Shown: positions 1 to 8,041, numbered from the stretch's first letter. The stretch is 59,204 nucleotides of DNA from a virus (IMGVR_UViG_3300029448_000035:1-59204); one strand, 5' to 3'. Notes: a model not told the origin generated them from the letters alone. Translations and numbers: made by a program.

Positions 1-175
1 AGTGGCCGCACTCACCGAGCAGGACGAAGGTGGCCCCGAAGGTCTCCCCGCCAAGCAGAGCTTTGCACTTACGCACAGCGGCGTTACGAGCGTGGACCAC
101 GTTGCCGCACCGCATTGAACTCTTGAGTTCCTTGCCGCAGTTCGTGGTGAGTGTGAGGGTGTAATTCTCCATCAT
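1..175 (-). CDS. small early protein, runs off the left edge
   Basis: Open frame MMENYTLTLTTNCGKELKSS...GECGH from ATG at 175, with a CA-rich leader like other early genes; not in ORF track. Confidence 0.6.
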   Translation of the reverse strand, partial: MMENYTLTLTTNCGKELKSSMRCGNVVHARNAAVRKCKALLGGETFGATFVLLGECGH

Positions 176-200
176 TTGTCTGTGTGTTTGTGTGTGTGTA

Positions 201-276
201 TCAGAGGCAATCGTCCATGGAGATTTCGTCAGCAGGACAGCCGTAGCCATCCTGAAGGGCGGCCCAGCGGACAGCG
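201..276. repeat. 76-bp direct repeat, copy 1 (copy 2 at 59129-59204)
   Basis: tcagaggcaatc...cggacagcg identical at both sites. Confidence 0.95.
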
Positions 277-824
277 TCCTCCAACTCCAACCCCGCAGGA
301 ACTTCGGAGAAGTCGCACCAGGTCTTGCGGATGACGTGTGCCTTGGCTGGGTTCTTCACCTCAACCTCAACCTCCTTGCGGCGGTTGGTGGCCTCGTCCC
401 AGACCACGTCAACCTTGGGTGCGGTCTTCGCAGTGCGCTTCTGTGTGTTGGAGAGCGACTCCTTCTGAGCCTTGGCCTCCAACTTGCCGTTGCTGTCCTT
501 CGGACCTTTGCGGGCCTTGCGCTGAAGGGACTTGGCGGCGACCGACTTGGTCTTGGTCTCCATCGGCTTTGCCGCCATGCGGACCACAGGCTTGCTGTGT
601 GTCTGTGACACGGAGTCGTAGACAGCTTGGATGGAGGCCGCCTTGAGCTTGTCAGCCTTCTTGGCTACCTTGGTAGCCTTGCGCTCCTTCTTGTCTGTGT
701 ATGCCTTGAGAGCCTTGCGGTCCTCCTTCTCTGCGGCCCAAAGAGCCTTGTTGGCGGCCTTCCTGCCTTGCAGGGTGAGTGTCAGCTTCTGAGAAGCGGT
801 GAGGGTGTAGGTCATGTTTGCCAT
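201..824 (-). CDS. Lys/Ala-rich early protein (histone H1-like composition) with acidic C-terminal module
   Basis: ORF 201..899; likely start ATG 824 follows TTCAAACACTCAC leader and TACCTTTG promoter. Confidence 0.75.
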   Translation of the reverse strand: MANMTYTLTASQKLTLTLQGRKAANKALWAAEKEDRKALKAYTDKKERKATKVAKKADKLKAASIQAVYDSVSQTHSKPVVRMAAKPMETKTKSVAAKSLQRKARKGPKDSNGKLEAKAQKESLSNTQKRTAKTAPKVDVVWDEATNRRKEVEVEVKNPAKAHVIRKTWCDFSEVPAGLELEDAVRWAALQDGYGCPADEISMDDCL

Positions 825-827
825 GAG

Positions 828-900
828 GTGAGTGTTTGAAGCCCCAGCGGCGTTGCTGAGGACCACAAAGGTATGGACAACTTCTCGGTAAATGAGCAAA
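828..900 (-). promoter_or_regulatory. early promoter (-7 TACCTTTG 866-873), 5' hairpin and TTCAAACACTCAC leader
   Basis: Matches Bacteroidota TAnnTTTG; TTTG 23 nt upstream; hairpin cctcagc/gctgggg. Confidence 0.65.
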
Positions 901-1480
901 ATTGAGATGACAATCTGGTGCGCGATTTCTCCTGCGCATTATGCGTGGGGAAACAGGCGAAGATTCGCATGAGGCAGACACACACGCATGAGGCCCTGAT
1001 TCGACCCTGATTCGATGGGATGTTTGGAGGGCAAATGAAGCTGGATTGACGAAGCCCTCGCGAAGCGGAGCTTCCTGCATGGAACGGCATGGTTCCGAGT
1101 GTATTATGCGCACCGAACTGTAGGGTTCCGTGAAGCGGAGTGTCCAATCGGCTTTGAGGTCAAGTCGGTAAGCAAAGCTTAGGGGGTGTGGTTGTCCCCT
1201 CGGAGTCTCTGCGTAAGCAGAGGGCTAAGCCTCAACCAGTCCTTGAACCAGACCAGTCTAACAAGCTGAACCAGAGCAGTTTATGGCAGAATGCTGAATG
1301 TTTTGCCGACTGTGCGCATTATGCGTAGGGTCGGGGTCTGCGGATGCGTTTCGGGTGTACGTGTGCGTGTGTTGCTATATGTGTGAATCCCCAGGATCTG
1401 TATTACTCACCCCATTTTCTAAGCGGGTACTCTGTTCTAACACAACAAATTAGCTTGGATTCGTTATAATCTGCTTGAAG
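901..1480. other. divergent non-coding control region (candidate origin, packaging or terminus region)
   Basis: Largest non-coding gap, between divergent arms, with several short direct repeats and hairpins. Confidence 0.5.
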
Positions 1481-1482
1481 AC

Positions 1483-1513
1483 TTGCATATGTCAAAAATA
1501 CCCTGTAACTTCG
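1483..1513 (+). promoter_or_regulatory. host-type promoter TTG-N20-TAACTTCG
   Basis: One mismatch from TAnnTTTG with 20-nt spacing to TTG. Confidence 0.5.
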
Positions 1514-1630
1514 CCAAGCAGCTCAGCGCGATGATGGACATCCGAGTTGCGATAAGCTTCCCAAAAGGTTTTTTGAGTTGGACGAAAGTCTGGAAGCTGT
1601 TTTGCTGTGCTGGCGCAAGGACTATCTTGT

Positions 1631-1638
1631 TATATTTG
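1631..1638 (+). promoter_or_regulatory. late -7 box TATATTTG, 4 nt before ATG
   Basis: TATATTTG-CGTC-ATG. Confidence 0.7.
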
Positions 1639-1642
1639 CGTC

Positions 1643-1870
1643 ATGAGAGCCAAGAAAAGGAAGATCAAGAAGAAGGGTACTTACGACGTTGAGGTTGACG
1701 GTAAGACCTACCAGGTAAAAGGAAAGAAGGTAGAGAAGCGCGGGGGTCGTGTAACGAAGTTCAAAGCCAAAGGTGAAGGGGACGGCTTCAAGATTAAGAT
1801 CAAGGACAAACTCAAGAAGAGCAAGAGCGGCCTGGTCAAGAAGGATAAGAAACAGAGTAAGTACAAGTAA
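1643..1870 (+). CDS. small Lys-rich protein
   Basis: In-frame ATG 1643 (MRAKKRKIKK); stop overlaps next start. Confidence 0.75.
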   Translation: MRAKKRKIKKKGTYDVEVDGKTYQVKGKKVEKRGGRVTKFKAKGEGDGFKIKIKDKLKKSKSGLVKKDKKQSKYK

Positions 1871-2445
1871 TGCTAGGATTAGGAACATCAATAACTACAG
1901 GCTCTGTGAAGGCTAACCCCTATCCAAGTAAAGTTCTTTTTGAGAGAAGCGGGAATTGGACTTCTGATGACACAAGTCTAACTACATATAGAGCCAACCT
2001 GTCTGTTGGCACTACAGAGGTTGCAGGAATCAGCAACTATCTAGTCATTGAAATGACTTACTCAGGCGCCAGCGACGAAAGCGTAACGGACCCTAGGCTT
2101 AGAATTAGAGAGTCTGATTTATCAGGAGGTCTTTCTGACTACTTCGACAACAACGTTGGGGGAGACTATAAAATCACTGCGAAAGCGTTGTGGCCTTCAA
2201 GCAACAGTGGGACTATCGGAAACTCTTCTGTGCAGCCTGTAATTGGAGGTGTAGGTAGCGGACAAGCTTTTGGAACTGCCGATACTTGGGTTACAAGGTC
2301 AAACACAGAAGCGACAGAAGACAACGACATTTCAAACGATACATTTCCCTTTCAAGTGTTTTTCTTAGATAGTGACGTGGGTGAAATTCTAGATGGAGAC
2401 AAGATGTATTTGACTGATCTGAAGATAGAGTTTATCGCTGACTAA
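1870..2445 (+). CDS. putative virion beta-sandwich protein with MLGLG N-terminus
   Basis: 191 aa, S/T/G/D-rich, beta-strand pattern. Confidence 0.6.
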   Translation: MLGLGTSITTGSVKANPYPSKVLFERSGNWTSDDTSLTTYRANLSVGTTEVAGISNYLVIEMTYSGASDESVTDPRLRIRESDLSGGLSDYFDNNVGGDYKITAKALWPSSNSGTIGNSSVQPVIGGVGSGQAFGTADTWVTRSNTEATEDNDISNDTFPFQVFFLDSDVGEILDGDKMYLTDLKIEFIAD

Positions 2446-2452
2446 TAATAAC

Positions 2453-2460
2453 TATATTTG
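2453..2460 (+). promoter_or_regulatory. late -7 box TATATTTG, 4 nt before ATG
   Basis: TATATTTG-CCTC-ATG. Confidence 0.7.
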
Positions 2461-2464
2461 CCTC

Positions 2465-2731
2465 ATGGATACTACTCTTATTGATACCATCCCCGCCGTG
2501 ATCGATACCGTCACCGCCGTGATGGACAACCCCGAAGTCGTCATAGACGCTGTCGAAGAAGGCAGTGCCGTCTGGGACTTTATCGTCACGAACATTGGAG
2601 AGCTGGCTATCGGAATCCTTGCTTTCATTAAAATCATCGTCAACATCACCCCTACGGAAAAAGACAACAAAGTGTTTGGATGGCTCGATAGCCTCGTCAA
2701 CATGATCGTTTCAGACAGAAAGAAGAACTAA
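2465..2731 (+). CDS. small membrane protein, holin-like
   Basis: Hydrophobic helix LAIGILAFIKIIVNI then TPTEKD, basic C-terminus. Confidence 0.55.
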   Translation: MDTTLIDTIPAVIDTVTAVMDNPEVVIDAVEEGSAVWDFIVTNIGELAIGILAFIKIIVNITPTEKDNKVFGWLDSLVNMIVSDRKKN

Positions 2732-3186
2732 TGGTGAAAGCTAAGAAGACATACAAGAAGGGTGGAAAAATGAAACCCAAAACCACGGCAACCGCAAGGG
2801 GTGGATCTGTGGACGGAATGGCTAGAAAGAACTTCATGAAAGCCAGGAATAAAGCCGCTGAGCACATGAGAGGTTCTGCTCAGATGGCTGGTAAGGACGA
2901 TAAGCCTTCTGATTCTCTTAGGAAGAGAAAATACAAGAAGGGCGGTAAGGTCGTCGCTCAGGGTGCAGACAAGAAGGACGTCCGCCGAGAGAAGAAGCAA
3001 GACAGGGTAGCAGCTAGAGCCGCCAAGAAGGCCAAGCGTGTTGGAGACCGCAACTTCAAGCGTGACGTAAAGTCTGGTAAACTCAAAAAAAATTACGGTC
3101 ATGGCGGTAAGGTTGTTGCACAGGGTGCTGTCAAAAAGGCCGTGCGCCGCAAAACCAAAGGTATTGACCCAAAAGGAGGATCCTAA
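2731..3186 (+). CDS. basic protein with three YxxGG motifs
   Basis: YKKGG, YKKGG, YGHGG; GGKVVAQGA duplicated. Confidence 0.8.
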   Translation: MVKAKKTYKKGGKMKPKTTATARGGSVDGMARKNFMKARNKAAEHMRGSAQMAGKDDKPSDSLRKRKYKKGGKVVAQGADKKDVRREKKQDRVAARAAKKAKRVGDRNFKRDVKSGKLKKNYGHGGKVVAQGAVKKAVRRKTKGIDPKGGS

Positions 3187-3812
3187 TGATGCAGAATAGT
3201 ACAATGTCTGACATGATCAGACAAATGATGGAGCAGAAGCAGGGTGGTCAGCGCGTTCGTCGCGACAAAGACATGCCCGAAGAAATGATGATGGGGCAGG
3301 ACGCCTCTACCGTAAGGCAGGAGCAGGCCCCTGACGGGAGCATGCGGGAGTTCGTGTGGTACACCCCAGAAGGTGACGGCCCCATGTATGACGCTCCCGA
3401 CTCTGAATGGGAGAGCCAGACTGGTGCTATCAAAATCTACGGTAATTGGAACGAGTACGCCCAGGGTCAAGACGACCAGGGTGTCATGTTCCTCCCTGAC
3501 GATCAGTTCCCCTACAGACAGGGAGAGAACGGAGAGTTCATGCTCGACGAGTCCGTGAAAGAAGGGTCTATGCAATCCCCCCAGTTTGAGGAGACCATGC
3601 GCGGAAGAGAAGAGGGTGCCGAAATGGGCAGGAACCTCGGTGGTCCTGGGGCGTCCAAAATGGAAGACCTCATGCAGAAGCTTGCTGACAGGAACAGGAA
3701 GATGGGGATGGGGGGTAAGATTTACCGAAAGGGAGGTAAGTTCCCAGATCTCACTGGAGACGGAAGAGTCACCTTTGCAGACATCCTTAAAGGAAGAGGA
3801 GTAAAGCGATGA
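3186..3812 (+). CDS. Met-rich protein with MGMGG/YRKGG and C-terminal EF-hand-like loop
   Basis: DLTGDGRVTFAD fits a DxxxDGxVxxxD Ca-binding loop. Confidence 0.7.
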   Translation: MMQNSTMSDMIRQMMEQKQGGQRVRRDKDMPEEMMMGQDASTVRQEQAPDGSMREFVWYTPEGDGPMYDAPDSEWESQTGAIKIYGNWNEYAQGQDDQGVMFLPDDQFPYRQGENGEFMLDESVKEGSMQSPQFEETMRGREEGAEMGRNLGGPGASKMEDLMQKLADRNRKMGMGGKIYRKGGKFPDLTGDGRVTFADILKGRGVKR

Positions 3813-4030
3813 AAGCAAAAAAGAACCCCAGAAAGGTCGCTAGGCAGGCCAGGAAAGAAGATAAGTATACGGCTCGCAATAAAAGGATGCCTGATCCCAG
3901 GACTCCTGAGCAGAAGGCATCTGCATACCGCAAGCGCCGCAACAAGCGTCTCGTAAGAGGAGCGGCAGGGCTTATTACTGGCGCTGTCGTAGGAGGCGGA
4001 GAGTACAACGTCAGGCAGCGCAAGTCATGA
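3809..4030 (+). CDS. small basic protein
   Basis: 73 aa, overlaps neighbours (ATGA coupling). Confidence 0.7.
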   Translation: MKAKKNPRKVARQARKEDKYTARNKRMPDPRTPEQKASAYRKRRNKRLVRGAAGLITGAVVGGGEYNVRQRKS

Positions 4031-4260
4031 CGGGGGGCGACGACAAGAAAAAAAGAGGTGCAGCCGCACCGTCATCCGCTAACCTCTATGGGGGAACCCT
4101 TAGGCAGCGGAAGCCGAAGCCCGCAAAGGCAAAGAAGAAAAAGGTCAAAACCGTTTCGGGTAGAAGCGGAAAAGGCTTTTCCAGACGCAGGACAGGCGGA
4201 ATAAACTTTGGTAGAGGTGGAGGAAGAGGAATGAGGACGTCCAGGTCCTGTAGAAACTGA
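4027..4260 (+). CDS. small basic Gly/Arg-rich protein
   Basis: 77 aa, RGG-rich tail, coupled to upstream gene. Confidence 0.65.
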   Translation: MTGGDDKKKRGAAAPSSANLYGGTLRQRKPKPAKAKKKKVKTVSGRSGKGFSRRRTGGINFGRGGGRGMRTSRSCRN

Positions 4261-4320
4261 TGGGAAGCAAGGGTTACTTCAACCCACGAATGAAATCAAA
4301 AGACTTCAATAAGAAGAGGA

Positions 4321-4782
4321 ATGAAACTGTCCAAAAATTTGACCCTAAGGGAATGCACAAGAAGCATAACAGCATCCAGAAAGGGAATCGACAATACTCC
4401 AAAAGAAAAGGAAATAGCTAATCTCAAGCAGATAGCTGAAAATGTCTTTCAACCTCTCAGAGATCACTTTGGAGTCCCGATCTACGTTTCGTCGGGATAC
4501 AGGTCACAGCAACTCAATAAAGCCGTGGGCGGCAGTAGCGTGTCTCAGCATTGTCAAGGCCGCGCTCTTGACTTGGATGCTGATGTCTTCGGTGGGGTAA
4601 CCAATGCGGAAATATTTCACTATATCAAAGACTGCTTGGACTTTGATCAGCTCATATGGGAACTCGGTGATGACACCAATCCCGCATGGGTTCATGTCAG
4701 TTACAACTCCCCCACTGAAAACAGAGGGAGGGTCTTGAGGGCTTCGAGGAGGTCTAGCGCAACCGTGTACTCCCCATGGTAA
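4321..4782 (+). CDS. endolysin, peptidase M15 family
   Basis: SSGYRS...NKAVGG...SQHCQGRALD...WVHVSY Zn-peptidase motifs. Confidence 0.9.
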   Translation: MKLSKNLTLRECTRSITASRKGIDNTPKEKEIANLKQIAENVFQPLRDHFGVPIYVSSGYRSQQLNKAVGGSSVSQHCQGRALDLDADVFGGVTNAEIFHYIKDCLDFDQLIWELGDDTNPAWVHVSYNSPTENRGRVLRASRRSSATVYSPW

Positions 4783-5606
4783 AATTTACTCCAAGAACCT
4801 GTACATTTTTCATGGTGTACTACAAGCGTCCTGAGTTAACAAGGATGTCTATGTGGCACATGGCTAAGGCCATAAAGATGTTTAATGAGGCGGGCCACAA
4901 AACCAAAGGTATTGTAATTGGCTGCGGAAAATGCGAACCAAAAACCAAAGAGTACGCTGAGAAATTAGGGCTTCAGCACTTCGAAAAGCAAAACAATCCT
5001 CTGGGAAAGAAGTTTAGCTTTGCGTTCACTCAAGCTCTTTTACAAGAGACTGAATATATATGCTGGGTCGGAAGCAACAACTTTCATTCGAATGACTACT
5101 GGAAACACTGCATAAAGGTCATGGGGGGGCAAAGAGAAGTAAGCTTTGGGTCTAACAGGTTCTGCATCGTCAGTTCCGACCCTGAAAAACAAGAGACCTG
5201 TGTGTTTAAGACAAGAGAGAAAATGCATCTTTGTTCTTCGGGTCAGTTTTACTTAAACTACTCATTATCCAGGGCTGTAAACTTTAGGAGTATATACTCC
5301 GACAATCAGACGTGCAACTTTGACGGAAAGATCAACGGTGCAATATCTGGTCAATGGGATTCAAGTGTAATAAAGACAATACGTTCAGAAGAAAACGATT
5401 GCTTTGACGTAAAAAACGAAGAGAACATTCACTCTTACGAATCGTACATCAGGAAAAGAGGGGGAACTTATCCGCCCCACAAAGACAGAAAACAGCTTGT
5501 AGAGGAGTACGAAGAGATGAAGCTTTTAGATCTTGGATACTTCAAGCCAAGCTGCGATAAAATCGTTGAACCAGGAGCCGACCTTTCTGAGTTAGAGCGT
5601 ATCTAA
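4776..5606 (+). CDS. GT-A fold glycosyltransferase-like protein
   Basis: YYKRPEL start, NNPLGKK, YICWVGSNNF at the DxD position (degenerate). Confidence 0.55.
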   Translation: MVKFTPRTCTFFMVYYKRPELTRMSMWHMAKAIKMFNEAGHKTKGIVIGCGKCEPKTKEYAEKLGLQHFEKQNNPLGKKFSFAFTQALLQETEYICWVGSNNFHSNDYWKHCIKVMGGQREVSFGSNRFCIVSSDPEKQETCVFKTREKMHLCSSGQFYLNYSLSRAVNFRSIYSDNQTCNFDGKINGAISGQWDSSVIKTIRSEENDCFDVKNEENIHSYESYIRKRGGTYPPHKDRKQLVEEYEEMKLLDLGYFKPSCDKIVEPGADLSELERI

Positions 5607-5961
5607 CCCTGTAGTTGTATTTAGTCTCGTCTCTAAACAAGTGATCATCCATCTCTTGAGAGGGCGTGAGCTTGTCAAAATGCTTGTATAGCATCCCGTC
5701 GTTGACTAGCGGGTATATAACTCTGTTGGCTAGGTTGTCATGGTTCATTCCGTACTCCTGAGATGCATACGAGATGGTAAAGAACTCAAGATCGTAGGTC
5801 CAAATCAAGAACTCAAGATGACTCCAAGATATGTCGTTACTGTCGCAAAAAGAAAGCCTAACAGAATGTAGGTTCTTGAGGTGATTGTTTGCTACGTACC
5901 CCTCTCTTAAAAAAGAGAAGTCCCTAAACATGCGTTTCTTGGAGACTCTTGATCTGGGCAT
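5542..5961 (-). CDS. winged-helix DNA-binding protein
   Basis: MarR-like wing RVRYALTQKGRLLV. Confidence 0.65.
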   Translation of the reverse strand: MPRSRVSKKRMFRDFSFLREGYVANNHLKNLHSVRLSFCDSNDISWSHLEFLIWTYDLEFFTISYASQEYGMNHDNLANRVIYPLVNDGMLYKHFDKLTPSQEMDDHLFRDETKYNYRVRYALTQKGRLLVQRFYRSLA

Positions 5962-5968
5962 TTATCTC

Positions 5969-5976
5969 TATCTTTG
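5969..5976 (+). promoter_or_regulatory. late -7 box TATCTTTG, 4 nt before ATG
   Basis: TATCTTTG-ACAC-ATG. Confidence 0.65.
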
Positions 5977-5980
5977 ACAC

Positions 5981-6286
5981 ATGACCTCCAAGGACAAGGA
6001 ATTTATTTCAGAGGCCTACTCTTTGATTGTTCAGCTTGAAGAGCTAATCAAGAAGTACAACTACGAAGATAGGGTGATGTCGGCTCTTATGCTAGGGTTG
6101 ATTGACCTCGACCTGAGTAAGGACTACGAACAGGGCGACGAAGTAGAGCTTAAAAGCGTATTCAGCTACAATCTGGATAGCAAGCTAGAGCTGGAAATGG
6201 TGAAGGACATCATGACTCAGCAATTCCAAGACCCAGACGACGACCTGAGTTCACTGCTGGGAGACCTTGGAATATCCCTGAACTAA
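5981..6286 (+). CDS. acidic hypothetical protein
   Basis: 101-aa ORF, coupled to next gene. Confidence 0.75.
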   Translation: MTSKDKEFISEAYSLIVQLEELIKKYNYEDRVMSALMLGLIDLDLSKDYEQGDEVELKSVFSYNLDSKLELEMVKDIMTQQFQDPDDDLSSLLGDLGISLN

Positions 6287-6522
6287 TGAACGGATTGATA
6301 AGGAAGATCGTTATCGGGAAAGACCCGAAAAACGGCATGGCTTATTTCGTCGGAATGAGAGCTGGTGACAAAAACGTGTCAGCTATTATCCCTGATCAAG
6401 AGCATCTCCACAAGTACGGCAAAAGCAGATACCTAGTGTACATAGGAGATGAAGGGGGCATTGTGCTGTGGAAGGCGATTGATGAGATGCCATGTATACT
6501 TGAGTTTGATCTAGACTTCTAA
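6286..6522 (+). CDS. hypothetical protein upstream of GroES
   Basis: 78-aa beta-rich ORF. Confidence 0.75.
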   Translation: MNGLIRKIVIGKDPKNGMAYFVGMRAGDKNVSAIIPDQEHLHKYGKSRYLVYIGDEGGIVLWKAIDEMPCILEFDLDF

Positions 6523-6526
6523 TATA

Positions 6527-7111
6527 ATGAAATCACCCCTAAACTTTATCGTAAAAATAGACAGCACCACAAACAACAAAATGAAGACCGAAAGCGGTCT
6601 GGAGCTGTACGTAGACACCAAGTTCAATGAGTTTGATCACAGAACTACAGAAGGCGAAGTCCTGGCTGTACCAGAAAAAAGAGACACTCCTGTGGAGGTT
6701 GGAGATACGCTATATTTTCATCACCATGTGGTGCTCAACGGTGGGATGCCGATTAGCGAACTGGATAAGTGGTATATGGTTATCTATAACCCGCACCAAG
6801 CTGCATATAATCAAGCGATCGCCTACAAGAGCAAAAAGACGGGGAAGGTCAACCCGATTAAAGGTTGGTGTTTATTGGAGCCTGATCAAGAAGATCGCGA
6901 AAGACCTATTGAGTCTAAACTAGAGATAGTGAAGCTTAAAAAATCTCCAGTAACTACAGGTGTGGTATCCTTTCCGTCCAAAGAACTTGATGACATCGGC
7001 GTCTCCGATGGAGATGTGGTTGGCTTCAAAAAGAACAGAGACTATAGAATTAAGATCAATGAAAAAGAATACTACAGGGTCGCGGTCACAGAGCTCCTCT
7101 ACAAAATTTGA
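6527..7111 (+). CDS. co-chaperonin GroES-like protein (two tandem domains)
   Basis: TESGLEL...GEVLAVP...VEVGDTLYF and a second TGVV...VSDGDVVGF...INEKEYY unit. Confidence 0.75.
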   Translation: MKSPLNFIVKIDSTTNNKMKTESGLELYVDTKFNEFDHRTTEGEVLAVPEKRDTPVEVGDTLYFHHHVVLNGGMPISELDKWYMVIYNPHQAAYNQAIAYKSKKTGKVNPIKGWCLLEPDQEDRERPIESKLEIVKLKKSPVTTGVVSFPSKELDDIGVSDGDVVGFKKNRDYRIKINEKEYYRVAVTELLYKI

Positions 7112-7382
7112 CACGCTAGGGGCTGCGGTGAAGCTGATGAACGCGATGGCTATTGCCATTGACAACATGATCGAAGAGGTGAAAAAGCCAGTGGATCAGG
7201 ATGTTAACGGATCCGCGAGAAAGGCCGAACTTCAAGCCGTAAAACAAACCGCTGTAGACTGCAAGGAACTTATTAGGGAGAGGCAGTCTCTGGAGCAAAT
7301 GATAAAAGAGCTAAAAGAAAATGGAGAAGTCCAAGAAGAGAAAGACTACTCAGGAGGGTTTGCAGAGAAGTTCAGCAAGTAA
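7059..7382 (+). CDS. helical protein, possible terminase small subunit
   Basis: Coiled-coil pattern upstream of TerL; start uncertain (7059 or 7137). Confidence 0.5.
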   Translation: MKKNTTGSRSQSSSTKFDTLGAAVKLMNAMAIAIDNMIEEVKKPVDQDVNGSARKAELQAVKQTAVDCKELIRERQSLEQMIKELKENGEVQEEKDYSGGFAEKFSK

Positions 7383-7459
7383 CCATACTCTGACAGACAA
7401 GCACTTTAATTGGGTATCTTCGTCCACGACAGATCACGTATATTTTAACGACGAGTGGA

Positions 7460-7687
7460 ATGGCGAATACGAAGACTAGAGACTATGACAAAGAGTACAA
7501 AAAGTACGGGAAGTCCAGATCGGCGAAAAAGTATAGAGCTGAACTCAATAGGTATAACCGAAAGAAAGGGACGTATGGTAACGGGGATAAACTGGATGCG
7601 GCTCACGAAGGTGGTAAAATCAAAAGATTTGTTCGAGCTGCTGTAAACAGAGCAAACAATAGACCCTCACGCAGGGCAAGTAAATAA
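7460..7687 (+). CDS. small basic HNH-like protein
   Basis: RDYDKEY...GDKLDAAH...NRANN minimal HNH pattern. Confidence 0.55.
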   Translation: MANTKTRDYDKEYKKYGKSRSAKKYRAELNRYNRKKGTYGNGDKLDAAHEGGKIKRFVRAAVNRANNRPSRRASK

Positions 7688-7731
7688 ATTTTCGACGAGA
7701 CGGCCCCCTACGCAAAAGGGGTTGATCAAAC

Positions 7732-7805
7732 TGGGGCGTAGTTCAGTTGGTTAGAGCGTCTGTCTTATACACAGAAGGTCGAGGGTTCGAACCCCTCCGC
7801 CCCAA
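7732..7805 (+). tRNA. tRNA-Ile(UAU)
   Basis: Acceptor tggggcg/cgcccca, anticodon arm tctgt-CTTATAC-acaga, T arm gaggg-TTCGAAC-ccctc; no encoded CCA. Confidence 0.9.
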
Positions 7806-7817
7806 CAATTAAATACA

Positions 7818-7949
7818 ATGGCAAAACAAAACAGCACTTACGAAGCGAAGAAGAAGGTCAGCAGGCCTGGCGTGCATGCCAAAACCAAATCGTCGAAAAA
7901 CAAGTCCTCTCAGAACTACAGGAAGGCCTACAGGGGACAGGGGAGGTAA
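7818..7949 (+). CDS. 43-aa basic protein between the tRNAs
   Basis: MAKQNSTYEAKKKVSRPGVHAKTKSSKNKSSQNYRKAYRGQGR; A-rich leader; below ORF-track cutoff. Confidence 0.7.
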   Translation: MAKQNSTYEAKKKVSRPGVHAKTKSSKNKSSQNYRKAYRGQGR

Positions 7950-7964
7950 CTCTTCCCTATCTTT

Positions 7965-8038
7965 GCCCCTGTAGCTCAGTTGGATAGAGCAACAGCCTTC
8001 TAAGCTGTGGGTCCCAGGTTCGAACCCTGGCGGGGGTA
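7965..8038 (+). tRNA. tRNA-Arg(UCU)
   Basis: Cloverleaf with anticodon arm acagc-CTTCTAA-gctgt and GGTTCGAACC T loop. Confidence 0.92.
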
Positions 8039-8041
8039 CAA

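Noticed and set aside
192-1147. Overlapping ORFs 192, 338, 627, 652, 812
   Set aside because: Overlap the supported gene or the repeat-rich control region; no leader motif
901-1330. CRISPR or mini-array
   Set aside because: Repeats are 9-14 bp, mostly two copies each, irregularly spaced
1483-1692. 69-aa TTG-start ORF
   Set aside because: Spans two promoters and the structured segment; no initiation context
4260-4421. 53-aa basic ORF coupled to the upstream stop
   Set aside because: Overlaps the endolysin out of frame by ~100 bp; possible but unsupported without conservation data
7958-7965. TATCTTTG as promoter of tRNA-Arg(UCU)
   Set aside because: Its last base is the first base of the tRNA, so it could not produce the full tRNA
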